DNA of 64,000 bases from Hyphomicrobium sp. 2TAF46 (GTDB lineage: Bacteria > Pseudomonadota > Alphaproteobacteria > Rhizobiales > Hyphomicrobiaceae). A program made the translations under genes and the position numbers. The notes beneath the pieces are model-generated. The model had not been told where the DNA came from, searched no databases, and was given only the letters and a program-made list of their open reading frames with translations. The stretch covers positions 210,583-274,582 of the forward strand of contig NZ_JBFRFO010000008.1 of NCBI RefSeq assembly GCF_052114865.1, written 5' to 3'. How positions within the stretch are numbered: the first letter of the stretch is position 1; each line of letters opens with the position of its first letter. Shown here in pieces: positions 20,240 through 31,421 of this stretch.

Positions 20240-20902
20240 GTGCCAACGACAACGATCACCTCAATCGAGACGCCGTCGTCTAATGCCGATGCACTCGACG
20301 GTTTGGTGAAGTCTATCCGCGCGTGCCGGGTCTGCCATGACAATCCCCGCTATGGGAAGCCGTTGCCCCATGAGCCGCGACCCATCGTCCAAGTTTCGAA
20401 CACGGCGCGTATCTGTGTCGTTGGCCAAGCTCCTGGAACACGCGTCTATAAATCCGGCCGTCCGTTTGATGATCCATCAGGGGTCAGGTTAAGGCAGTGG
20501 CTGGGGATTGATGAGACTGCATTCTACGATTCCTCCAAGATCGCGATCATCGGTATGGGATTTTGCTTTCCGGGGCTGAAGCCCGACGGCAGCGACTTGC
20601 CGCCCCGCCGGGAGTGCGCGGAGATCTGGCGAGCGAAATTGTTCGCTCACTTGCCGAATGTGAAGCTGTACTTGTTTATTGGCGGCTATGCCCAACGATG
20701 GCATCTCGGCCCAAAGGCAGCGCGCGAGGGCGTCAATCAGACGGTGCAGCAGTGGCGCGATGTTTACGACGCAGAACCATCATCGCGCAGAATTCCACTG
20801 CCGCATCCATCGTGGCACAACAACAAATGGCTTGAACGCAATACCTGGTTCGATACGGATCTGCTTCCGGTCCTCCGCGCAAATGTGCGCCGCCTGCTTT
20901 GA
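20240..20902 (+). CDS. uracil-DNA glycosylase superfamily protein (family 4/5-like)
   Basis: CxxC (RACRVC), motif A variant ICVVGQAPG, C-terminal HPSWHN (HPSxxN). Confidence 0.65.
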   Translation: MPTTTITSIETPSSNADALDGLVKSIRACRVCHDNPRYGKPLPHEPRPIVQVSNTARICVVGQAPGTRVYKSGRPFDDPSGVRLRQWLGIDETAFYDSSKIAIIGMGFCFPGLKPDGSDLPPRRECAEIWRAKLFAHLPNVKLYLFIGGYAQRWHLGPKAAREGVNQTVQQWRDVYDAEPSSRRIPLPHPSWHNNKWLERNTWFDTDLLPVLRANVRRLL

Positions 20903-21123
20903 TGAAGCCGAGACGTGATGGCGATACGCTCGAGCGTTTGTGCGGCGATCGCATTAAATGCGTGTCAAAGCCGTAACCGTATCCTTATGCATCGCCGCTA
21001 TTGCCGTTGCCACTGAAGCGCTCCCGTCAATTCCAAGTTGGAATTGATTGGGATGTGCAGCGACGCGGCAGAAGCCGTTGCGAATCTATTCATTGCGCTA
21101 ACCGAGCAAGAAGGAGGCGACAG

Positions 21124-21831
21124 ATGAAAGTTCTGATGGTGATAACCTCGCATGACACTCTCGGTAATACCGGTCGCAAGACCGGCTTTTGGCTCGAAGA
21201 GCTTGCTGCTCCCTATTACGTGTTCAAGGACTCCGGAGCTGAGATTACCCTCGCGTCGCCGAAGGGCGGCAGGCCGCCACTTGATCCCAAGAGCAACGAA
21301 CCGGAATTCCGAACTGATTTGACGCTCCGGTTCGAGAAGGATACGGCGGCTGAGGCGCAGCTCGACAAGACCCTTCGTCTCGACAGCGTCAGGCAAGAAG
21401 ACTTTGACACCGTTTTCTATCCGGGCGGTCATGGCCCAATGTGGGATCTTGCCGAAGACAAGCACTCCATCGACCTGATCGAATCCTTCCTTGCCGCGGG
21501 CAAGCCATTCGCCGTCGTCTGTCATTCCACTGGAGCTCTGCGTCACGTCAAAACGCCAGACGGAAAAGTTCTCGTAGAGGGAAAGGAAGTTACCGGTTTC
21601 ACCGACGGCGAAGAGGAAAACGTCGGCCTCACGAAAATCGTGCCCTTCTTGGTCGAAGATGAAATGTTGAGGTTGGGTGCCGTGTTTTCGAAGAAGGCAA
21701 ACTGGGAGCCTCACGTCGTGACCGACGGCTTGCTAACAACGGGACAGAATCCGCATTCCTCGGGCCCTGCCGCCAAGGTTCTCCTCAGCAAACTAGCGGA
21801 GCGCCGCAAGGCACCCGCACATGCGAAATGA
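21124..21831 (+). CDS. DJ-1/PfpI family (type 1 glutamine amidotransferase-like) protein
   Basis: MKVLMVITSHDTLGNTGRKTGFWLEELAAPYYVF… nucleophile-elbow FAVVCHSTGAL. Internal ATG with GAAGGAGG SD; upstream part of ORF 21001 non-coding. Confidence 0.7.
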   Translation: MKVLMVITSHDTLGNTGRKTGFWLEELAAPYYVFKDSGAEITLASPKGGRPPLDPKSNEPEFRTDLTLRFEKDTAAEAQLDKTLRLDSVRQEDFDTVFYPGGHGPMWDLAEDKHSIDLIESFLAAGKPFAVVCHSTGALRHVKTPDGKVLVEGKEVTGFTDGEEENVGLTKIVPFLVEDEMLRLGAVFSKKANWEPHVVTDGLLTTGQNPHSSGPAAKVLLSKLAERRKAPAHAK

Positions 21832-21864
21832 TGATCTGGTCATCGAATGAAGGAACGCGGCGCG

Positions 21865-21959
21865 GAGTGGCGAGTCTCGTCGCCACTCCTTGAGCAATTG
21901 AAAAACTCGCGGCCGCCGCGAGTGGCTTTCACCACTTAGTTCAGATCACACCGAGCGCG
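21865..21959. repeat. copy A of an imperfect direct repeat of about 95 bp (two-hairpin element)
   Basis: gagtggcgagtctcgtcgccactc hairpin … perfect 17-nt palindrome ctcgcggccgccgcgag (21906..21922) … tcagatcacaccgagcgcg. About 75% identical to copy B at 23812..23905. Confidence 0.6.
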
Positions 21960-21991
21960 GCGCTTCCTTCGAGCGTTGTTGCTTGACAAGT

Positions 21992-23620
21992 TCATGTATC
22001 TCCGCTCCGGCCGAGCAGAAACTCGGTGACTTCGTCGGAGAACTGCCTGCGCTTGCCAGCGACGAGGACGCTCTGAGGATCAGCTGGATCCCGTAAAGCC
22101 GCCGGCATCCCGTGGGCGATGAGAGCTTCGGCGCAGGCAACCCAGTCACCTCTATCAACCGGCTGATTGAGAGAAGCCCAGCTCAACGTACCGCACACAT
22201 TATCCCCGAAGCCATGCTCCTCGCCCCATGACGCACCATGCTCAAGCAGGAAGCGGGCGAGTGCACTGTCGCCGCGAAATACTGCATGGTTCAAGGCACT
22301 GGCGTTCCAGTCGCCACCGAGAATGCCAATCGGCCAGCCGAGTTCGACCATCGCGCGAACCGCCTCAGCGCAACCGGCGGCAGCGAGCTCCGGCAGGAGC
22401 CTCAATTGCATTTCGCTCAGGCCCAGTGGCAAGTCCGGCCGGCGCGCTTTGATCTGTTGCGCGGCAAGTCGGTCACCTCGCGCGCACGCCGCGACGAACA
22501 GGTCCTCATCGTGGACATCTTCTGTCACACCCGCGTTGCGCAAGACGTCTGCAACATCCGGCAGGCCGTATCGAAGAGCTTGCGTGTAGGCGCTGACACC
22601 GTCACGGGTCTTCACCATTGGGTCGACACCGGCTGCCAGCAAGGCCTCGATGTGTTCAGGCGATCTTCGCCGCTTGATAGCCCAAAATAGCAGTTGCCCT
22701 TCGCTCAGTTCCTTGTCGCCGGCGGCATACGATAGCAGCAGCCGCAAGGTATCGACGTCATCGAGATCAAGACAACGATAGAGCGCGTTTGTGCCGGTGA
22801 CGACGGCACCCGCCTCGAGCAGAAGTCGTGTGCAAGCTGGAGCTTCCAACGAATGATAAAGAGATTCGTTGTCGTTGGGATCGGCGCCTGCCGCGAGCAA
22901 ACGACGGGTCAATTCCGGATCGTGATTCTGTCCTGCTGCGCCGTAGAGCGCCGACAGCTTATACTCCTGAGACGGAGCGTTGAGGGACGCTGGTGACCAA
23001 CGGCTGCCTACCGATTGATTGGGGTCAGCGCCCGCACGGAGCAGAAGATCGACCGTTTCGTGAAGCCGCTCCTTGTAGGCCGCAATGCGCAGTAGGCTCG
23101 AATGGGTCGCCGCGACAAGAGGTGGAAGATCGAGCAGGCCGCCGGATTGGTTGACCCACGACCGTGCTGCTTCGATCTGACGACGGATCACGGCGACATC
23201 TCCGGAAGCGCATGCAATCCAGGGATTTTGTCCGGCGAGGTGCGGATGGTCCGACAGCAATCGCGCTGCTGCATTTGGGCGTGCGCGGGTCATGCTGCCC
23301 GTGACGTCGCCTGCATAGGCCAGATTGCAGAATGCTTGCGCCAGAGTGAGCGGATCTGCGGCCTTGAGCCGCACCGCTTCCACGAAGGCCTTAAGATCGG
23401 CCCAGGAGTCAAATCCGTACTCGCGGGCCATGGACGACTGAGCGTCACGTAAACGCAAGCGCAGTTGGATGATCGCTGCGTGATCGAGACCGGCGGCAGC
23501 GGGCAAGAATGCGCGGAAACGATCGATGGCTTCGGGAGTGCTGCGCCGATAATCGGCCAGCAGTTCCTTCGCTTGCTTTTTCAATTGATCGAGATCGGGC
23601 CGGCTTGGCAGCGGCTTCAT
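21992..23620 (-). CDS. ankyrin-repeat domain protein
   Basis: Multiple ANK-like repeats (…LLRAGADPN…, …RLLAAGADPND…, LLLEAGAVV, LLAAGVDP, LLEHGAS). Start taken at MKPLPSRPDL (ATG 23620); upstream 145 codons of ORF are Arg-rich junk. Confidence 0.65.
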   Translation of the reverse strand: MKPLPSRPDLDQLKKQAKELLADYRRSTPEAIDRFRAFLPAAAGLDHAAIIQLRLRLRDAQSSMAREYGFDSWADLKAFVEAVRLKAADPLTLAQAFCNLAYAGDVTGSMTRARPNAAARLLSDHPHLAGQNPWIACASGDVAVIRRQIEAARSWVNQSGGLLDLPPLVAATHSSLLRIAAYKERLHETVDLLLRAGADPNQSVGSRWSPASLNAPSQEYKLSALYGAAGQNHDPELTRRLLAAGADPNDNESLYHSLEAPACTRLLLEAGAVVTGTNALYRCLDLDDVDTLRLLLSYAAGDKELSEGQLLFWAIKRRRSPEHIEALLAAGVDPMVKTRDGVSAYTQALRYGLPDVADVLRNAGVTEDVHDEDLFVAACARGDRLAAQQIKARRPDLPLGLSEMQLRLLPELAAAGCAEAVRAMVELGWPIGILGGDWNASALNHAVFRGDSALARFLLEHGASWGEEHGFGDNVCGTLSWASLNQPVDRGDWVACAEALIAHGMPAALRDPADPQSVLVAGKRRQFSDEVTEFLLGRSGDT

Positions 23621-23811
23621 ATTAACCCCCGTGCGTGAAGCGCCGGTGACCCGCAATACGGCTGCACAAAGGTTGGAATAATGACAGCTTATCGCTGCAA
23701 GTGGGCTCTGCCCTTCCCGCGGGTCCGGATGCGGCTTGCACCGCGTCCTCAAGGCTAATGGGTTCACGATGCCCGCGTCAATGTCTATTGCGACGCCGGA
23801 CAGGCGGGGCC

Positions 23812-25605
<1,794 letters not shown>

Positions 25606-25789
25606 CTAGCCCTCAAACCGCTTTCGGTTCGATCAGAAAGAGACAGGGTTTGGCTGGGTTTACAAAAAGTGAAATGGGCTGTACGCGCGGGGTGACTTCC
25701 GCGCGACCTCTTGGAGAACTCGGCGCGAAGGAACATCGCGCCGAGCGAGGAGTAAAACGTCGTCCCGTATCGAATTCTTGGGCCGGCTA

Positions 25790-26158
25790 TTAACGACGGT
25801 CGTCGAAGTCGCCGAGCCGATTAAAGCAATCCTGAAGCTGCTGAGAGCGGAACAGCTGGTCGCGAGCTAGATCGGAACGCGGCGCCCAGCGGCACCAGCG
25901 AAAGTGGGGTGCCATATCCGTGGTCCACTGAGGCCCACGGAAGCCGCACCGGTATCGGATGTTTGCATCCGACTGGACCGACGCGATTCGGGCATAGAGC
26001 TCGCAGCTTGCTCGTTTGCCTTCGACGTCTCCGCGCCGATCATCCCCGCCAAATTTAAAGCTGAAGCCACGGTCATCGAAACGCATCGTCTGAGCTTCGG
26101 CACCCCCAGCGATCCCAGCAATCGTAGCCGCACAGACTACCAAAGTCATAATTCGCAT
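25790..26158 (-). CDS. small secreted cysteine-containing hypothetical protein
   Basis: Signal peptide MRIMTLVVCAATIAGIAGGAEAQ, then 5 Cys. No family recognised. Confidence 0.4.
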   Translation of the reverse strand: MRIMTLVVCAATIAGIAGGAEAQTMRFDDRGFSFKFGGDDRRGDVEGKRASCELYARIASVQSDANIRYRCGFRGPQWTTDMAPHFRWCRWAPRSDLARDQLFRSQQLQDCFNRLGDFDDRR

Positions 26159-26319
26159 TTGCTATCCTTGGTTCGAGTTTGCAGCAGCTGCGTTATCGAT
26201 GGATTGTGGCCGAGATGTTGCGGTATCTGCCGAAGGACGAGATATATATTCGAAAGGTGGATATCGCTTTCTCTGCGGAAGCGGCCACTACCGCAAGATC
26301 CGGCGAACGCTGGATCGTC

Positions 26320-28224
26320 CTAGATGGCGACCTGCCTACCGATCTCGACGAGTCGGTCACGCGGGAAATTGAACGCATCTGAGAGATGCATGGCGTTACG
26401 ATGAAAGAGAGAGAAGACGGCGACGAGCCATTTCGGCAGGCCGTCTCCATCCTCTCGCGAAACAACGGTTTCGACTGCGACATAGTATGTCACATCGGTA
26501 AGGTCCACGCCGCATCCGCGCTTCGTGAGAGCGTCGAGCAGTTTCACCACGTTCGGCCGCTCGAGAAATCCATAGCTCGCGTTCACGCGCCAGAAATTCG
26601 GGCCTTCGAGGGTGAGTGTGGCGCGGTTCTCATCATCGACCCAGGGCGTGAGTTGAGTTTCGATCGTAAGGGCCACCACCCGTTCCTGCAACGAATGGGA
26701 ATGGTCGACATACCAAGAGATGACCGGCGGAGTTTCCGTTTTCACGCGAGTTAGGAATACGGCAGACCCTCGAACGCGGGACACGCCCGCTGCGGGCAGG
26801 CCCGCAAGAAATGTTGCCAGAGGAATTTCTCGCCCCCGCAGACGATCGCGTATGGCCGTCTGCCCGAGGTGCCAGATGTACATAATGGCATAAACGGACG
26901 CTGCAAGAATGAGCGGAACGTATCCGCCATCGGCGATCTTGACGAGATTGGCGGCGAAAAACAGGGAGTCGACGGTCAAAAAGATGCCCGCCACAATTGC
27001 TGCTTTGATCAGACTCCACTGCAGAACTTCGCGCATGGCGATGAACAGGAGGACGCTGGTCATAAGCATGGTCGCAGAGACAGCGATGCCGTACGCCGAC
27101 GCCAGATTGTCCGATTTTCGAAATGCGAGCACGAGACCGATCGTCACGAACATGAGAAGCCAGTTGACGACACCGACATAGATCTGGCCGTACCCTTCTT
27201 CAGACGTTTGTGTAACGAACATGCGCGGCATCCAGCCGAGCCGTATTGCTTGCCGCGTCATCGAAAACGCGCCGGAAATGATCGATTGGCTGGCGATGAT
27301 TGTTGCCAACGTCGCCAAAATGACGAGCGGAAGAAGCAGCGAATCCGGGCAGAGCCGGAAAAAGATATTGTCGTCGCTCGCGCCGTTCTCAAGAATATAG
27401 GCGCTCTGTCCGGCATAGGAAAAGAAGAGGCTCGGAAAAACGATCCCAAGCCACGCGAGGCGAATGGGGGAGGCACCGAAATGGCCCATGTCAGCGTAAA
27501 GTGCCTCGGCGCCGGTCACGCATAGGAATACTCCGCCAAGCACCAAAAATCCGGTGGCGCCGCTCATCGCCAGGAAATGGATCGCATACACTGGGTTGAT
27601 GGCGGCGATAACGGAAGGATGGCGGAACATCGCTATAATACCGAGCACCGCGATCACAATGAACCAAAGAAGCATGATTGGACCAAAGGCACGGCCAATT
27701 CGCGCAGTCCCCAGTGGCTGGATAAGAAACAATGCGACAAGGATGCCGATCGTGAGCGGCAGGATATAAGGCGCGACAGCCGGCGCCGCGCGCTCCAGAC
27801 CTTCAACAGCCGACAAGACAGAGATTGCGGGAGTGATGGCGCCGTCGCCATAGATGAGTGCCGCACCGAAAAGGCCTGCAGCGATGATCATTGGCCGTCT
27901 ATGACGTTTGATGCCGATCAGCGACATCAGCGCCAAGATCCCCCCTTCGCCTTCGTTGTCGATTTGCATCGCAACCATCACGTACTTGATGGTCGTAATG
28001 ATTGTGAGCGTCCAGATGATGAGCGACAGTGAGCCGAGAACGACGTCCGGATCGGGTTTGCCGCCGGCGAGAGCGACAACGGTTTTCAAGGTGTATAAAG
28101 GGCTCGTTCCGATATCCCCGAAAACAACGCCAAGGGAAGCTAGACCAAGAGCGGCCATACCGGATTGTCTTACCGGCGCCCGATTGATCGCCTCCAGGCT
28201 GCTTTTTCCACTCGTCGTCGTCAT
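26320..28224 (-). CDS. kup: KUP/HAK/KT potassium uptake protein
   Basis: Canonical N-terminus LGLASLGVVFGDIGTSPLYTLKT, 12 TM, cytoplasmic C-domain. Confidence 0.9.
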   Translation of the reverse strand: MTTTSGKSSLEAINRAPVRQSGMAALGLASLGVVFGDIGTSPLYTLKTVVALAGGKPDPDVVLGSLSLIIWTLTIITTIKYVMVAMQIDNEGEGGILALMSLIGIKRHRRPMIIAAGLFGAALIYGDGAITPAISVLSAVEGLERAAPAVAPYILPLTIGILVALFLIQPLGTARIGRAFGPIMLLWFIVIAVLGIIAMFRHPSVIAAINPVYAIHFLAMSGATGFLVLGGVFLCVTGAEALYADMGHFGASPIRLAWLGIVFPSLFFSYAGQSAYILENGASDDNIFFRLCPDSLLLPLVILATLATIIASQSIISGAFSMTRQAIRLGWMPRMFVTQTSEEGYGQIYVGVVNWLLMFVTIGLVLAFRKSDNLASAYGIAVSATMLMTSVLLFIAMREVLQWSLIKAAIVAGIFLTVDSLFFAANLVKIADGGYVPLILAASVYAIMYIWHLGQTAIRDRLRGREIPLATFLAGLPAAGVSRVRGSAVFLTRVKTETPPVISWYVDHSHSLQERVVALTIETQLTPWVDDENRATLTLEGPNFWRVNASYGFLERPNVVKLLDALTKRGCGVDLTDVTYYVAVETVVSREDGDGLPKWLVAVFSLFHRNAMHLSDAFNFPRDRLVEIGRQVAI

Positions 28225-28334
28225 TCGATCTCAAGCCCACATTGCGCATCTATCGAATAGTGCAAAAAGCGACAAAGCAGGAGTAGTTCTAACGTTCGAT
28301 GTCGGCATATGGATCGGAGGTCCGTGTCCACACT

Positions 28335-29048
28335 CTATTCTTCCGAAATAGTGCGGTTGACTTGCCAACTCGCCGCCGTCACGTGTGGTTCGAGGCTTAG
28401 CCGTCCGACGACCTGTTCAAGAGATGCGTCGTTGCGTCTCTCTGCAACGGCCTGCGCTGTGACGGTCACCTTCAAAGTCTCGGGAATGTCCTCACTGTCG
28501 ATGCGCCGTAGGCCGAGCCCGGCTTGGGAAAGCGCGTGCAGAAGGAGTGATCGCATGTGCGCCTCCTCCGCGCCCTTGCACGTGACCTCGACCGTGTAAT
28601 GTGCTTCGACGTCGGTTGACATCAAAGCTCGCGTATTGAGACGTTGAACCAGCGGTCGCAGTATGAGGTTTGTGGTCACGACGAGAAAAGCCGCGGCCAA
28701 GCTTGGGATCCAGAAACCACCCCCGGCAAATGTGCCGACCATGGCTGAGCACCAGAGGGTCGCCGCAGTATTCAGTCCATGGACGTTGATGCCCTCACGC
28801 AGGATGACACCGGCACCGAGGAAGCCGATGCCGGAAACCACCTGAGCGGCGACCCGCGTCGGATCTCCCTGCCCCACCATCGCGGAGAAGACGACAAAGC
28901 CGGCAGAACCCAGTGCCACAAGTGCGTTCGTCCTGAGCCCAGCCATCTTCTGGTGCCATTGGCGCTCAAAGCCAATGGCCGAGCCGAGGAGGAGAGCAAG
29001 ACCGAGCCGAAGAAACGGCTCGAGAGCGCCGACCGAGTTGAGGTCCAT
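28335..29048 (-). CDS. MgtC/SapB family protein
   Basis: LLLGSAIGFERQWHQKMAGLRTNALVALGSAGFVVF MgtC core. Start at MDLNSV (29048) preferred; ORF extends to 29216. Confidence 0.7.
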   Translation of the reverse strand: MDLNSVGALEPFLRLGLALLLGSAIGFERQWHQKMAGLRTNALVALGSAGFVVFSAMVGQGDPTRVAAQVVSGIGFLGAGVILREGINVHGLNTAATLWCSAMVGTFAGGGFWIPSLAAAFLVVTTNLILRPLVQRLNTRALMSTDVEAHYTVEVTCKGAEEAHMRSLLLHALSQAGLGLRRIDSEDIPETLKVTVTAQAVAERRNDASLEQVVGRLSLEPHVTAASWQVNRTISEE

Positions 29049-29383
29049 AGATTTCAGCCCTGATCTGAGATCGTCAATTGTTTCCCGCAACAAGAAGCTT
29101 GCGGACAGGGCGCGCGTGACGATGCAGAGATTACAGACATCGGCGTGCTCCTGCTCCAGCGTCTTAACATGAACCGTTGGAAAGTCAGCAACACCACCTG
29201 AAGCGGCTTTGGTCAATCGATAAGATAGAACGATAGCGTTCTAGGTTGCCTGTCGGGTGTCCATCACTGTTTTGGGTTTAGATGGCCGATCGGCACCGCT
29301 TCATTCCCAGTCTGGAACCCTAAAATCCGTCACAGCGTCGGTTCGGTGAAGTTCAGCCTGCCGTCCGGAGATATCTATCGCCA

Positions 29384-30640
29384 TCACCGCGCGGACTTGA
29401 GATCGCGCTCGCGTGGTCCGTCGGGCCGCTCATAGTCGGCACCGATGGTCGGCCCGCATTCGGTCGCACGCGGCAATGTCAGTTGAGTGACGATCCCATT
29501 GATCGCATCGCGATGCTCTGCAATGAAGTCGCGTGTTCGCGCCTCGAGACGTGCAAGGGCATCAGGCGACGAATCGTCGAGTTCGATTGGCGGCTCACCG
29601 AGATCGACCTGCACACGATAATAGTCGCCATGCCCTTCAAGCTTTTTCTCGACGATGCCGTCGATGGCGGGATCAGAGAATGCGATCTCGAGGAGAGGGT
29701 CCATCCAGCCGAGCACACCCCAGCCCCATGCCTCATTGAATGTGTATTTCCGCGTCGAACGTCCGGTCCCGATCGATACGAGCAGCACAGGCTTTTCAGA
29801 CCGTATGACTTGGCCATAGGCCAGGGCATCCAGCGCTGGGTTGTTCGCAAAGAGCGCACCGTCGACCAGCGAGAGATATTCTACCGTCTTGTTGGGGGTG
29901 CGATAGGCGATACGGGCCGGAGGGAAGAACGTCGGCGCCGCGGTTGCGCCACGCACGATGTCGCGCATATAGAAGCGGCCCTGGCCGCCCCAGCTCACGA
30001 ACCACACCCGGTTGTTGGCCTCGATGTCGTAGGCAGGCACCGCGACGTTGGTCAGTGCCTCCTGCAGGCGCACGTCTTCGAAGTAGGAGCGGAAGAGGAC
30101 TTCGACGTCGCTCGGGTCGAATTTCGGCCGGAAGATGCGCCTCAGCGACCGGAACGGGCCAAGAGAAGACGGGAATATTCGCCCCGCCTTATCTCGGTAG
30201 AGCTTGACGAGATCGTCGGCACTGAGCGCGGGCTTATGTGCGTCCGCATTGCTCGGGCGCGTCAGACCAAGCGCGAGGATCGAACCCGTCGAGGTGCCGA
30301 CGATCAGGTCGAAAGATGTGGAAATTGGCTGCCCCGTCCGCCGCTCGATCTCGGCTAGAATGAGTGCAGGCACGAGCCCTCTGACGCCACCGCCGTCAAG
30401 AGAGAGTATGCGCGTGCAATCACCGTAAGTTCGCGGACCGATACCGGGAACGTATGTGACGCTCGACGCCCCTATGGTTGCGATGTCTCCTTCGATCGGG
30501 TTGATTGCGAGGGGAGGAGGTTCCCCTGTCGCGTGCAGCCAAAAAGCAAAACCGCCGCTCCCGCCGGCAATGAGCAGAATGAGGAATATAGCGATAATCC
30601 CAAGAGCCGTGCGTCCGACCCCGGTCCCCCTGTCCGCCAT
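29384..30640 (-). CDS. patatin-like phospholipase with N-terminal TM anchor
   Basis: LSLDGGGVRGLVPALIL (GGGxRG oxyanion), GTSTGSILALGL (GxSxG), DGA(L) catalytic Asp region. N-terminal hydrophobic helix ALGIIAIFLILLIAGG. Confidence 0.8.
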   Translation of the reverse strand: MADRGTGVGRTALGIIAIFLILLIAGGSGGFAFWLHATGEPPPLAINPIEGDIATIGASSVTYVPGIGPRTYGDCTRILSLDGGGVRGLVPALILAEIERRTGQPISTSFDLIVGTSTGSILALGLTRPSNADAHKPALSADDLVKLYRDKAGRIFPSSLGPFRSLRRIFRPKFDPSDVEVLFRSYFEDVRLQEALTNVAVPAYDIEANNRVWFVSWGGQGRFYMRDIVRGATAAPTFFPPARIAYRTPNKTVEYLSLVDGALFANNPALDALAYGQVIRSEKPVLLVSIGTGRSTRKYTFNEAWGWGVLGWMDPLLEIAFSDPAIDGIVEKKLEGHGDYYRVQVDLGEPPIELDDSSPDALARLEARTRDFIAEHRDAINGIVTQLTLPRATECGPTIGADYERPDGPRERDLKSAR

Positions 30641-30939
30641 GGTCTACCCTGTAACGCTTCTCCCGCCGGGCACATTATAAGCAATTTTATGCCCTCGGTT
30701 GTAGACCGCGTTCTATCGGATCAATCCGGCAGGCTGCAACACCGTCGAGCAGTCTACGGACGAACGAATACGATCCCTGGCGGGTTCGAAACATTTTTAT
30801 CACCGGGGCGCCGGCGGCTTCAATTCCGCCCGAATTTCGCGGCTTATGCACACTCCTTGCCGAATGCAGATGTCCCGGTTTTCCAAGCCTGGCTGGCGCG
30901 CGCCGCATTGCGGAGTGTGTGTTCCGCGTTCGATGAGAC

Positions 30940-31008
30940 CGGGTATTAGCTCAGCGGTAGAGCGCCCGCTTAGGCGGGAGGACGGGGGTTCGATTCCTTC
31001 ATACTCAC
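30940..31008 (+). other. tRNA-like sequence with truncated anticodon loop (possible tRNA pseudogene or remnant)
   Basis: Good D arm (TAGCTCAGCGGTAGAGC) and T arm (GGGGGTTCGATTCCTTC, two G-U pairs). The anticodon arm is CCCGC-TTAG-GCGGG, a 4-nt loop. Acceptor pairs 6 of 7 with C1-A72 mismatch. Hand-folded. Confidence 0.35.
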
Positions 31009-31009
31009 A

Positions 31010-31082
31010 CAGCGACTAGCTCAGTGGGTAGAGCACAGGACTGTTAATCCTGCTGTCGCGGGTTCGATTCCCGCTTCGCAAT
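31010..31082 (+). tRNA. tRNA-Asn(GTT)-like; acceptor stem imperfect in hand fold
   Basis: D arm TAGCTCAGTGGGTAGAGC, anticodon arm CAGGA-CTGTTAA-TCCTG (anticodon GTT), T arm GCGGG-TTCGATT-CCCGC. 3' acceptor TTCGCAA pairs only 4 of 7 with CAGCGAC. A better 5' partner TTGCGGA sits 100 nt upstream at 30907..30913. Confidence 0.4.
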
Positions 31083-31421
31083 CCGACTGCCAATCGGAAA
31101 CTGCTTGATGGGAACCGGCCATGACTTCCGCTCTTCACATCCGGGCAACCGGATTTGGAGGGCAAGCGGTGGGACGTTCTGCGCTTCCGGCAGATACCGT
31201 CGCCACGCACCGCTCTGCCGCCGGGCACCGGCGCGAGGTCATCCGTAAGGATGCTCGTGGCCGCAACCCGAACGAAAGGGTGAAGCGAGACGACTGAAGC
31301 CGGAGCCCGCGCTCTTGCTGTGAAGACACGGCCGGTAACCTTTTTCGATCATTGCGAACGAAACGATCGCTGAACAAAGGCAAAAGAATAGAAGGTCAAG
31401 AAGGGCCCAGGAGTATTCTCA

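Noticed and set aside
29483-30358. 291-aa plus-strand ORF
   Set aside because: Antisense within the patatin gene.
31121-31297. 58-codon ORF just downstream of the tRNA-like locus
   Set aside because: Weak SD, Arg/Gly-rich composition, no motif. Kept only as a possible remnant.
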